Virus record (IMG/VR): IMGVR_UViG_3300009678_000019
Location: 1-46,385 of that record
From: a virus
Lineage: Duplodnaviria; Caudoviricetes
Length of the DNA: 46,385 nt
Direction: 5' to 3' (one strand)
Shown: piece by piece, positions 18,801 through 26,980 of the stretch
Layout of the letters: each line of letters begins with the position of its first letter
Numbering within the stretch: the stretch's first letter is position 1
Notes under the pieces: model-generated
Told to the model about the DNA's origin: nothing
The model's database searches: none
The model's input: only the letters and a program-made list of their open reading frames with translations
Program-made: the position numbers and the translations under genes

Positions 18801-19826
18801 ACCCTCGGCTCGGAAGCGTCGCTGGGCGGCGCCGGTGGTTATTCCTGGGAGCGCACCGCCGGGAATCTCTGCGAGCTGACGCTGACTGTGGCGACGGCAA
18901 CCCTCGGCGGCATTCCGTCGACGGCGCAGACCTGCAATTTCACGCTGCGGGTGACGGATGCGGCGATGGGCACGGCCAGCCGGTCCTTCGATCTGACGGT
19001 ACAACCGACGCCCGTCGTCGTGACCGCCCTACCGAACGGGCGGCTGGGCGATCTCTACAACCAGCCGATCGCGCCGACGTTCGGCGTTCCGCCCTATGCG
19101 ATAGCGGTCATCGCTGGCGCGTTCCCGTCGGGGATCAATGCGCAAGCGGGCTCGCTCTCTATTGTCGGGACGCCGACGGTGACAGGTAACTTTGATGTCA
19201 CTCTGCAAATCACCGATTCCCTCGGCGCATCGGGCACTCAAGTCTTCGACCTCACGATCGATGACAACCCGGTCGCGCTCGTCACAAATGTTCTCCCTGA
19301 CGCCAAGGCCGGCGTCGTGTACTCGCACACGCTGCAAGCGACAGGCGGATTGCTGCCGCGGACATTTCTGATCGTCGGATCCCTGCCGGCAGGCCTCGCC
19401 CTGGCGGGCGATCAAATCACCGGAACGCCGACAACGGTCGGACCCTACTCGGTGACCGTGCAAGTGCGGGACTCTTCCGATCCCACGGCATTGACGGATC
19501 AGCGGACGTTTGCGCTCAACGTCAACGCGGTGACCGCGCTCGGCGCGGGTTCTCCGACGCCCTATAAGCCGTCGACCTGCCGGAACTACAATCTGGCGCT
19601 GCGGGTCAATGGTGGCGTTCCGCCTTACGCCTGGTCTTTGGCGCCAGGCTCCGCGGCGCTGCCTCCCGGCCTACAACTGAGTGGAAATAGCATCATCGGG
19701 CGAGCGACTCAGCGGGGAACCTATCCGGTCACGCTGCGCGTCACCGATGCGGAAGACACCACGGACAATTTCGCGACCACGTTTACGGTGGTCGCGTGTA
19801 CGGGGGCCGGCGCGGCGTTGCGCTAA
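15891..19826 (+). CDS. Large exported-type multidomain protein: glycoside-hydrolase-like N domain, FN3, DUF2341-like, LamG, putative Ig (He_PIG-like) repeats
   Basis: Leader MLKRFVLPVLLALGSWNASPAHA|Q; HPEW..Y and FIFDN; WTTDE..LTPGTTYFYRV (FN3); LTNFPVLV..W.GWVKIPTL; WHHVAVT..FYIDG..F.GLLDEVRF (LamG); GG.PPY.W..GSLP.GL repeats. Confidence 0.85.
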   Translation: MLKRFVLPVLLALGSWNASPAHAQTPPPFADSWIGLHTYTYFGVIGVDTAAEASALCPRAWQFDFGYSTGGGYDVLRACNPSYQNTLYFDGMQGEGWSTANLLAQHPEWVLYLCDRVTPLEEYDYRASVPNFINEAYREWKWANIIAPRLFNNINTFIFDNMLLTNTASPVNPDEPDMPNYGVYGAACGYYPTATPADPRPAGGWVQRWSGNMHDVQWVDDVIDWADWLTTRLHANGKKFCLQGFPDEIYSPWQIAFAKYAEFVEKIECVHVEGSGMTPVTIGGGSFRANMNFIRDMNAVGHGVYQLTTPMFNNESSWSSDDIPVALHKFAIASYLMAKGHHHAIAVITPLQFFYGDGSTYENTTWTPLYDAIHSGTGVTGARGIGAPCEDYQVVGVDNGGDNQLFKREHTGGLVYMNGTVTHPGIPGQGIPGGTGTTFNPTLPTGNWAGWRDPDNNVVAGPTVSVGPIVYTGNFPWQLAYPTDYPVTIILKTQPSADDPPPACSGGGDQTAPVISALNVIDIETDEATLEWTTDENATGQVYLATTNPPAILVDSDATANSTSHSFTASSLTPGTTYFYRVASADSAGNLRQSSVGSYTTDAAPDDVVIVTTSPLPDCTVGAVCSYQFSASGGTTAGAGGWQYEVQAALFQPASNLTNFPVLVSKQHDSFKSVANGGRVQSPSGYDIVPFAATGATTSLDFDFESWDGATGTWTGWVKIPTLTSATPTVIYFAVGNATATQSSANEAATWGAYKAVYHGGSGAPDATGGHGGSFVGTVSSVSGKVGSAFDLGAAAGRITVADHDDFSPGNGSTDSAFSVEQWVKFTNADSGIDDIVGKYINPHREWLLFKSNTTLFLVLFDESTNAQIARGYSMAWDTGWHHVAVTSAGTGGAGIIFYIDGAAVAQNADSDDGSYTAVENLATGVEIGGRNGNNNFRGLLDEVRFTTGVKAAAWIAANYANQNNPSGTVTLGSEASLGGAGGYSWERTAGNLCELTLTVATATLGGIPSTAQTCNFTLRVTDAAMGTASRSFDLTVQPTPVVVTALPNGRLGDLYNQPIAPTFGVPPYAIAVIAGAFPSGINAQAGSLSIVGTPTVTGNFDVTLQITDSLGASGTQVFDLTIDDNPVALVTNVLPDAKAGVVYSHTLQATGGLLPRTFLIVGSLPAGLALAGDQITGTPTTVGPYSVTVQVRDSSDPTALTDQRTFALNVNAVTALGAGSPTPYKPSTCRNYNLALRVNGGVPPYAWSLAPGSAALPPGLQLSGNSIIGRATQRGTYPVTLRVTDAEDTTDNFATTFTVVACTGAGAALR

Positions 19827-19854
19827 ACAAGAGAAGAACACGGAGGTTCCGCCA

Positions 19855-21081
19855 ATGGCAAAAAAATTTACGGCGCTGGATGCGCTCGCGAGTCCCGTTT
19901 CCACCGATCTGCTCGCGGTGGTCAGTAGCCCGGCCAGCTCCGCCGTCACCAAGAAGTCCACGATCGCGGCGATCCTGAACACGCCGGGATGCTTCCCCAC
20001 GGGAATGCACTTGGATCTGGCGACGGATGCGCTCTTGGCCAACTCCGTGTTCCGCGCAAAAGGCTACTCGCCGGCGTACGAGCTCCTCGACAAAGACGGC
20101 GCGCAAAACTTCTACATGGGGATCGATGACGACGACGGCAATAAATTCGTCATCGGCCGCGGCTACGGTCCAGGGCAAAAGATCGCCGGCGTTCCGATTG
20201 CGCGATCGATCTCGATCAACCCGACGACTCTTGTCGTCTCGATTGGCTCCTCGGCCCCGACCGCGCCGCAAGGCGTGTTTTCGGTCCAGTCGGATGACAG
20301 CTACGGGGCGAATGATTGGGTGGCCTGGTTCCGCCGGACCGGATCCACGGGCGGCGGCGTCTCCGCGCACATGCGCTTGCAACACTTCCGCGCCGGAGCG
20401 TCTCCGGAACCGGTCTTCTCGTTCCTGGCGGCTCGGGGCTCGCTGGCGTCGCCGTCGGCCGTACTCGCCGGGGATCTCTTGGGTGTGATCGACGCGCGCG
20501 GCTTCGACGGCTCGGCCGTCGATCACACCGAATATGCGGTGGGCTGGTCGGACGGCATGACCGGTTGGGCGATGCACGCGGCGGGCAACTGGAGCGGGAC
20601 CTCACATCCGTCCTATCAGCGGTGGTACGTCACGCCCGACGCAAGCGTGACGGCGGTCACGGCTCTGACTCTCGACTCGGACGGCAACTTTAACTATGGA
20701 ACCAACCCGGCAACAGCCGGACTCCTCCGGCTGCCGAACGCGAAATTGATCGCGTTCCGCAATGCGGCGAATGACGCGAATGTCGAAGGCCTCCAGGTCA
20801 ATTTGTCAAACGTTGTCATTCTCGGCGATACGAGCTTCGACCTTTTGCTGAAGGGCGCGAAGCACGGCTTCTTTGGGACGCCGGCCGTCGTGAAGCAAAC
20901 CTCCGGGGCGGATCTGACGAATAGCGTCACGTCGGGCGGTTCGAGCGATGTGATCGCCAACTACACCGATTTGTCGACGTACGCGACGGACGCCGCGGCG
21001 ATCCGCAACAACATCTATCAACTCGCGCGAAAGGTGAAGCAAATCAACGACGGCCTTCGCGCTTATGGGCTCTTCACCTAA
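19855..21081 (+). CDS. Tail fibre / tail spike protein (no signal peptide)
   Basis: GGAGG RBS; N-terminal MAKKFTAL...DLLAVV...TKK.TI fibre anchor; RGS.ASPSAV..GD.LG repeat; C-terminal GFFG..AV...LRAYGL. Confidence 0.75.
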   Translation: MAKKFTALDALASPVSTDLLAVVSSPASSAVTKKSTIAAILNTPGCFPTGMHLDLATDALLANSVFRAKGYSPAYELLDKDGAQNFYMGIDDDDGNKFVIGRGYGPGQKIAGVPIARSISINPTTLVVSIGSSAPTAPQGVFSVQSDDSYGANDWVAWFRRTGSTGGGVSAHMRLQHFRAGASPEPVFSFLAARGSLASPSAVLAGDLLGVIDARGFDGSAVDHTEYAVGWSDGMTGWAMHAAGNWSGTSHPSYQRWYVTPDASVTAVTALTLDSDGNFNYGTNPATAGLLRLPNAKLIAFRNAANDANVEGLQVNLSNVVILGDTSFDLLLKGAKHGFFGTPAVVKQTSGADLTNSVTSGGSSDVIANYTDLSTYATDAAAIRNNIYQLARKVKQINDGLRAYGLFT

Positions 21082-21083
21082 AA

Positions 21084-21323
21084 ATGAGAACGAAAACAAT
21101 CACTCCAGAAATGCACGCGACGCTGCGCGTGCTGATGGAACAGCGCGATCAGGCGGCCGCCCAACAGAAGGAAGCGGCGGCCGCCGCCGCCGGCTATCAA
21201 CGCTTGATCGACAACTTCCTCGGCATGTGCCGGACGAAATTCAATCTCGCCGAGGATGCGGTCTTCGACGACGGAAAGCTGGTGTTTCACGCCAAACGTC
21301 CAAAGCGCCCCAAAGGGAAATAA
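21084..21323 (+). CDS. Small coiled-coil protein (fibre chaperone candidate)
   Basis: Helical Ala-rich ORF right after the fibre gene. Confidence 0.55.
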   Translation: MRTKTITPEMHATLRVLMEQRDQAAAQQKEAAAAAAGYQRLIDNFLGMCRTKFNLAEDAVFDDGKLVFHAKRPKRPKGK

Positions 21324-23156
21324 GTGGCAACCGAAACACAAATCGGGAACCTCGCGCTCACGCGCGCCGGCATCACGCAATACTTGACCGATCTCGACAC
21401 GGACACGTCGAACGATGCGGCCGCGCTGCGGGCGGTCTTTGACCTCGAGCGGGATTTTGTGTTGCGGGACTACCCCTGGCCCTGGGCCCGGAAACACGCC
21501 ACGCTCGAACTGCTCTCGACCAACCCCAACAGCGATTGGCTGTACAGCTACCGCTATCCCGCCGATTGCGTGCTGGTGCGTCGCCTGGTGACGGCGCTCG
21601 GCCGGCAAGAAACAGATCCGCCGCCATTCTCGGTCGGTCGCGATGGATCGACGCGCGCGATCTTCACGAATGAGGCCTCGGCGAAAGCGGAATACACGCT
21701 CCAGGTCACGGCGGCCGAAGACTTCGATTCGATCTTTGTGTCGATGTTCGCCTGGCGCTTGGCTTCGGAGCTTGCCTTGTCGCGGGCGCGATCGCCGGAG
21801 CTGGCGACAACCTGCCTGCAGGCCTACGCGGCCGAACGGGCGCAAGCGATCACGAAGGCGGCCGCCGAAGCGCAGCACACCTTGCCGGCCGGCGCGGACC
21901 ATGCCCGGATCCGCGAGCTGCTGCAGCTCGCGTTGACGCGGATCGGCGTCTCGAAATCCACAGTGAGCGCCGATATCGAGCTGTCCCTCGAGGCGCTTTG
22001 GCCGCGGATTAATTTCGCGATCGAGCGGGATTTTGTGTTGCGGGATTGCCCCTGGCCCTGGGCCCGAAAGTATGCCGCTCTCGTTTTGATGCAAAGCGCA
22101 CCCAATTCGGATTGGGCCTACAGCTATCGCTATCCCGCCGATTGTCTCTTCGTTCGAAGGATCGTTACGGCGGCCGGCCGCGGCGAGGCGGATCCGCCCG
22201 AATTTGCGATCGGGAGCGACGATTCCGGTCAAATCGTCTACACGAACGAAACGGCCGCGGTCGCCGAATACACGCGCAAGGTCACGGATCCGGATCAATT
22301 CGACGCCCACTTCATTAGCCTGATGGCCTGGCGGATCGGCGCCACGCTCGCGCCTGGTCTTTCGAAAATCGACAAAATGGCGGACGTCGCAATGGAGCGG
22401 TACCAGGCCGAAAAGGCCGCGGCGATCAATCGCGCCATGCTCGAGGGTGAGCGCGCGATCGCGTCGGGATCCTCGCATCCGGTCGGCCGGAAAATCTTCC
22501 ACCTGGCGTTGACGCGTCTCGGGATCACGAAAAACGTCCTCGTCGCCGATTCCGAGTACTCCTTAGAAGCTCTCTGGCCGCGAGTCGATTTTGCAGAGGA
22601 GCGGGATTTCGTGTTGCGGGATTTCGAATGGCCGTTTGCGACCGAATACGCGACGCTCGAACTCCTCGCCGGCAGCTCTACGGAACCGGTCAACGGTCAC
22701 TGGACGTTCGCCCACGCGTTCCCTGCCGACGCGCTGATGGTGCGCCGCATTGTCGGACCGGGCGGCCGGACCGACACCACGCGCGTTCCGTTCCGCATCG
22801 GCCGGGATGCCTCCGCGACCACGCTCACGACCGAAGACGGGGAATCCCTCACGACCGAAGACGGCGAGATCCTCATCACCGAAGGCACGCCGGCGCGGAC
22901 GGTGTTTGCCGACCTGGAGGAACCGGAAGTGGAGTACACAAAGGCGATCACAGATCCGTCGGAATTCGATCCGATCTTCCTCTCGATGATGGCTTGGCGG
23001 ATCGCCGGGCTGGTCGGACCGGGACTGAAGAAACCGAAGGAAGCCGCGGCAGCGATGCAAATGTACGACTACGAAAAACAGCGGGCGCAGTGCCAGGCCT
23101 TGAACGAAGGCCAGGCGGACGACGCGCCGGACGCGGAATGGATCCGCGGGCGCTGA
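21324..23156 (+). CDS. Tail tubular protein A / head-tail adaptor (T7 gp11-like), three tandem domains
   Basis: LALTR.G, ERDFVLRD.PWP.A, W.Y.Y.YPAD and FD..F...AWR occur three times; located before the nozzle gene. Confidence 0.85.
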   Translation: MATETQIGNLALTRAGITQYLTDLDTDTSNDAAALRAVFDLERDFVLRDYPWPWARKHATLELLSTNPNSDWLYSYRYPADCVLVRRLVTALGRQETDPPPFSVGRDGSTRAIFTNEASAKAEYTLQVTAAEDFDSIFVSMFAWRLASELALSRARSPELATTCLQAYAAERAQAITKAAAEAQHTLPAGADHARIRELLQLALTRIGVSKSTVSADIELSLEALWPRINFAIERDFVLRDCPWPWARKYAALVLMQSAPNSDWAYSYRYPADCLFVRRIVTAAGRGEADPPEFAIGSDDSGQIVYTNETAAVAEYTRKVTDPDQFDAHFISLMAWRIGATLAPGLSKIDKMADVAMERYQAEKAAAINRAMLEGERAIASGSSHPVGRKIFHLALTRLGITKNVLVADSEYSLEALWPRVDFAEERDFVLRDFEWPFATEYATLELLAGSSTEPVNGHWTFAHAFPADALMVRRIVGPGGRTDTTRVPFRIGRDASATTLTTEDGESLTTEDGEILITEGTPARTVFADLEEPEVEYTKAITDPSEFDPIFLSMMAWRIAGLVGPGLKKPKEAAAAMQMYDYEKQRAQCQALNEGQADDAPDAEWIRGR

Positions 23157-23203
23157 GGCGCATAAGTAAGCCGTAAATACGACTTAATTAAGCAAAGGCA
23201 CGG

Positions 23204-25711
23204 ATGCCGAACCTTTCACATCTCCGACGATTCCAGGCCGGCGAGATCGCGCCGGAGCTGGGGGCGGGTTCCACGGAGCCGGCGCTCGCGACCTGTCGCA
23301 ATTTCCTGATCACGAAAAGCGGTGGAGCGGATAACCGCGCGGGGACGCAATTCACCAGGGAAGTGAAGGATTCCACCAAGCGCACGCGGCTCATTCCCTT
23401 TATTTTCGGCGCGTCGGACTCTTACCTCGTCGAAATGGGAGAAAGCTATTTCCGCTTCCTCCGCGAAAACGCGATCGTCACCGTGGATAGCGTCGTCTCG
23501 CCGTGGTCGAACGCCGAAACATATGTCGCCGGCGACGTCGTTTCCCGCCTGGGCGTCAACTATTACTGCATCCTCGGGCACATCAACCAACAGCCGCCGA
23601 ACGGCACGTATTGGTACGCGCTGAGCTCGAACATTCTCGAGGTCCCGCACAGCTACACGGCCGCCCAAGTGGCGGTGATCCGGTTCGATCAATCCGGGGA
23701 TGTGATCGATCTCTATCACCCGTCCGTTGCTCCGAAATCGCTCTCGCGGTCGGCGTCACCTGTCCTGCGCTGGGTGTTATCGACCAAGTCCTTCGCCCCC
23801 CGCATTCAGGCGCCGACCTCTCCGAGTGCTACCGAAGGCGTGGCCGGCACAACGGATTGGAACTACCAGGTGACGGCCGTCGCCGACAAAACCTATGAAG
23901 AGTCTCTGCCGACGACAACGTTTGACTGCACGGGCGGACAGCCAACCAAAGAGAATCCGAATCAACTCACCTGGGCTTCGGTGTCTGACGTCTATTGGGG
24001 CGCGGCCGCCAATGCCATCGAGTACAACGTCTATCGGGAGATCACTCCCGGGGGCGCGTTCGGTTTGATCGGCGTCGCCAAAACCACGACGTTTGACGAT
24101 CCCGGCCTCGAGCCTGACGAATCGCAAACCCCGCCCCTCTCGAGAAATCCCTACAGTCTGGTCGGGGCTCCACGCACGGGTACGCATTGCCAGCAACGGC
24201 AATTCGTCGCTGGCGCGACCACGGATCCGGAAACGGTATTCGCCTCGAGGACGGGCCACTATTCGAATTTCACGACGTCGTCGCCCATCCAGGATGATGA
24301 CGCGATCACGTTCCGCCTGGCTGGGAACCAGGTCCAACAGGTCGAACATTTGATCGAAGCCGACGGCCGGCTCGCCATGCTCACCGACGGCGGAATCTGG
24401 TTTCCTCAAGGCGACGACGCCGGCGTCTTGACGCCGGCCGCGATCTATCCGAAGCAACGATCGAGTTTCGGCTCTTACGCGACGCCTCCCGTGGTCGTGC
24501 ACGATTCCCTCATCTATGTCCAGTTTGGCGGAAACACGCTGCGCGACATGCGATGGAACGCCGAAGCGGAAGGATTTACCGGACGCGATCTGATGCGGAT
24601 CGCCTCGCATCTCACGAAAGGCCGGTCGATCGAGCGGCTCGCGTTTGCGGCGGTACCGGATTCAATCGTGTGGGCGCTGCGCGACGACGGCGTCCTGCTC
24701 GGCCTCACGTATCTCCCGGAACTCGAAGCCTTCGGCTGGCATCGTCACGACACGGTGAACGGCGCGATTGAAGACATTGCGGTGATACCCGAAACCACGC
24801 CTCCGCCTCCCGGATCCGCGACGCGCGGGAAAGTGGAGCACGTGCTCTATCTCGTCGTCAACCGCACGATCAACGGATCGACGAAGCGATACATCGAACG
24901 CATGTCTTCCCGCAACATTGAAGACTATCGTCTCGATGCGACGCTGCTCGATTCCTTCCTGAGCTACAACGGCGCGAACGCCGGCGCGACCACGGTCACG
25001 CTCTCGACGGCCGGCGGCTGGACTGAAGCGGATTTGATTACCGTCACGGCGAGCGGCGCCACGTTTTCCGCCGGAGACGTCGGGAACGGCATCACGGTAT
25101 GGGTTCAGGGCGGCGCCGTCGCGCGGATCCGCGTCACGCAATACATTTCCGACACGGTCGTCAAAGGAAACCCGATCGACGACGTCGACGAAACCCTGCA
25201 AGGGGTCGCGACAACCAATTGGTCGCGCGCCGTCGACGAAGTCTCTGGTCTCTCGCATCTTGAGGGCGAGGACGTCGTCGTTCTGGCGAACGGCGTTGTG
25301 CTTGCCGCGACCGTCTCGGCCGGCGCGATCGCGCTCGATGATGTGTACGACGTGATCCATGTCGGTCTGCCAATCACCGCGGATTTCGAAACCCTCGACC
25401 TGGACGTCGCTCCGGATCCAGGCCTGCGCGACAGGCAAAAGTTAGTGAAATCCGTCTCCGTCTTGGTAAAGCGATCGCGCGGCATCATGGCGGGCCCGGA
25501 CGCCAAGCATCTTCATGAATTCCATCCGATCGCCGGCCAGGCGCTCGGCCTCGATGTGTTCACGCCGGCGTCGGGAGTCCTGCGAACGGAGATCCTCGAG
25601 CTCGACGTCAACGCCACCTGGGAGAAACCAGGGCGAGTCTTCATCCGGCAAACCGCCCCGCTGCCGCTCTCGATCCTCGGAGTCCTGCCCTTTGGTGAGG
25701 TGGGTAACTGA
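23204..25711 (+). CDS. Tail tubular protein B / nozzle (T7 gp12-like)
   Basis: F.AGEI.P, CRNF....GG..NR.GT, RLIPF.F, QSGDV, QQR, SRTG.Y.NF, W.RHDT, Q..PLPL.IL. Confidence 0.9.
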   Translation: MPNLSHLRRFQAGEIAPELGAGSTEPALATCRNFLITKSGGADNRAGTQFTREVKDSTKRTRLIPFIFGASDSYLVEMGESYFRFLRENAIVTVDSVVSPWSNAETYVAGDVVSRLGVNYYCILGHINQQPPNGTYWYALSSNILEVPHSYTAAQVAVIRFDQSGDVIDLYHPSVAPKSLSRSASPVLRWVLSTKSFAPRIQAPTSPSATEGVAGTTDWNYQVTAVADKTYEESLPTTTFDCTGGQPTKENPNQLTWASVSDVYWGAAANAIEYNVYREITPGGAFGLIGVAKTTTFDDPGLEPDESQTPPLSRNPYSLVGAPRTGTHCQQRQFVAGATTDPETVFASRTGHYSNFTTSSPIQDDDAITFRLAGNQVQQVEHLIEADGRLAMLTDGGIWFPQGDDAGVLTPAAIYPKQRSSFGSYATPPVVVHDSLIYVQFGGNTLRDMRWNAEAEGFTGRDLMRIASHLTKGRSIERLAFAAVPDSIVWALRDDGVLLGLTYLPELEAFGWHRHDTVNGAIEDIAVIPETTPPPPGSATRGKVEHVLYLVVNRTINGSTKRYIERMSSRNIEDYRLDATLLDSFLSYNGANAGATTVTLSTAGGWTEADLITVTASGATFSAGDVGNGITVWVQGGAVARIRVTQYISDTVVKGNPIDDVDETLQGVATTNWSRAVDEVSGLSHLEGEDVVVLANGVVLAATVSAGAIALDDVYDVIHVGLPITADFETLDLDVAPDPGLRDRQKLVKSVSVLVKRSRGIMAGPDAKHLHEFHPIAGQALGLDVFTPASGVLRTEILELDVNATWEKPGRVFIRQTAPLPLSILGVLPFGEVGN

Positions 25712-26148
25712 TGGCCACCGTCCGGGAACGACAAGGCCGCCGGCATTTCACCGATCGCAAGGTCCGGTTGTCAGGCCCCGATTTCTCGAAGGCCTGGCCG
25801 ATCGGCTCGGTGTTTATCACCGTCGCGGAAACGGATCCGTCGATTCAGCTCGGGTTCGGGGAGTGGGAAGCGTTCGCCGCCGGCCGCTGCCTGGTTGGAC
25901 TCGACGCCGGCGACGCGGATTTCGACACGATCGAGCAAGAGGGTGGGGCCAAACAACACACCTTAACCGTTGCAGAAATGCCCGCCCATCACCACGAGTA
26001 CACCGCGCCGGCCGCCGGCGACGCGGAAGAAACGACGGGAACGGTCGGCGGTACCGTGACGGCGGATACGGAAGACACCGGCGGCGGGGATCCTCACAAC
26101 AACTTGCAACCGTACATCGTCGTGCGGTTCTGGAAACGGGTGGCATAG
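25711..26148 (+). CDS. Tail-associated protein with baseplate/collar-like domain
   Basis: WPIGSVF, G.WE.F..GR.LVG, GG.K.HTLT..EMP.H.H, PHNNLQPY..V..WKR. Confidence 0.75.
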   Translation: MATVRERQGRRHFTDRKVRLSGPDFSKAWPIGSVFITVAETDPSIQLGFGEWEAFAAGRCLVGLDAGDADFDTIEQEGGAKQHTLTVAEMPAHHHEYTAPAAGDAEETTGTVGGTVTADTEDTGGGDPHNNLQPYIVVRFWKRVA

Positions 26149-26784
26149 ATGGCACTGCCGGCAATTTTGACGGGAATCGGTTTGGGCATCGACGCGTTCG
26201 CCAGGCTGCGCGCCGGCTCGGCCGCGAAAGCGACAGCTCGAGCGAACGCCCGGACGGCGATCGAATTCGGATCGAAAAACGCGAAGCTCATCCTCGAGGG
26301 TTCGAATATCAACGCCGGTATCGACGAATTCAACGCCGGCGTCTACGAGGGCCAGGCGACAGACGCGGTCACCCGGGGCCAGGAAACGGAAAAGCGGTTC
26401 CGGGTACAAATCAAAGGGCTGATCGGATCCCAGCGCGCAAGCTATGCCGGCCAGGGGCTCGACGTCTCGAGCGGATCCGCCGTCGACGTCCAGGAGGACA
26501 CGGCGCGACAAGGGGAACTCGACGCGATCGCGATCCAGGTCAATGCCGCGCGCGAAGCCTGGGGCTACCAAGTGCAGGCGAAAGGCCTCCGCCGGCGGGC
26601 GGACGCCACACGGAAACTCGGAAAACTCCAGGCCGATAACGTGCGCGACGTCGCCCGGGCGCAGGCCTCGAACTACCTCGCCGGCGGGAATATGCAGTCT
26701 GCGGCTGCAAATTGGGGCGCCGCGTCAACGATTGCGACCGGCGCGGCAAACCTCTACATGCTTAACAAATATGGGGTTAAGTGA
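26149..26784 (+). CDS. Internal virion (ejection) protein, T7 gp14-like
   Basis: A.DA..RG..E......G.QRA..A..G.DV..GSA.DV motif; position after the nozzle. Confidence 0.75.
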   Translation: MALPAILTGIGLGIDAFARLRAGSAAKATARANARTAIEFGSKNAKLILEGSNINAGIDEFNAGVYEGQATDAVTRGQETEKRFRVQIKGLIGSQRASYAGQGLDVSSGSAVDVQEDTARQGELDAIAIQVNAAREAWGYQVQAKGLRRRADATRKLGKLQADNVRDVARAQASNYLAGGNMQSAAANWGAASTIATGAANLYMLNKYGVK

Positions 26785-26785
26785 A

Positions 26786-26980
26786 ATGTGGGGCGTTTAT
26801 CTATTGGAGCATGCGGTCGATCGCGAAGTGCACGTCGCGCCCACCGAAGAAGTTCACGACTTTGATGGTTTGTGTTCCTGCGCGCCGTCGATCCGCATCG
26901 GCGAGCGGATCGACGGCCGCGATCTGTTTGGTGCGCCTTATTTTTTGATCGTTCACGAAGCATTCGAGGAAGGAAGTTAA
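26786..26980 (+). CDS. Small His/Cys protein
   Basis: HVAP...H....CSC.P...IVH; stop overlaps the next ATG. Confidence 0.55.
   Translation: MWGVYLLEHAVDREVHVAPTEEVHDFDGLCSCAPSIRIGERIDGRDLFGAPYFLIVHEAFEEGS

Noticed and set aside
13655-21081. Invertible tail-fibre cassette driven by the serine recombinase
   Set aside because: All genes are co-oriented, and I saw no flanking inverted repeats or silent antisense fibre ends.
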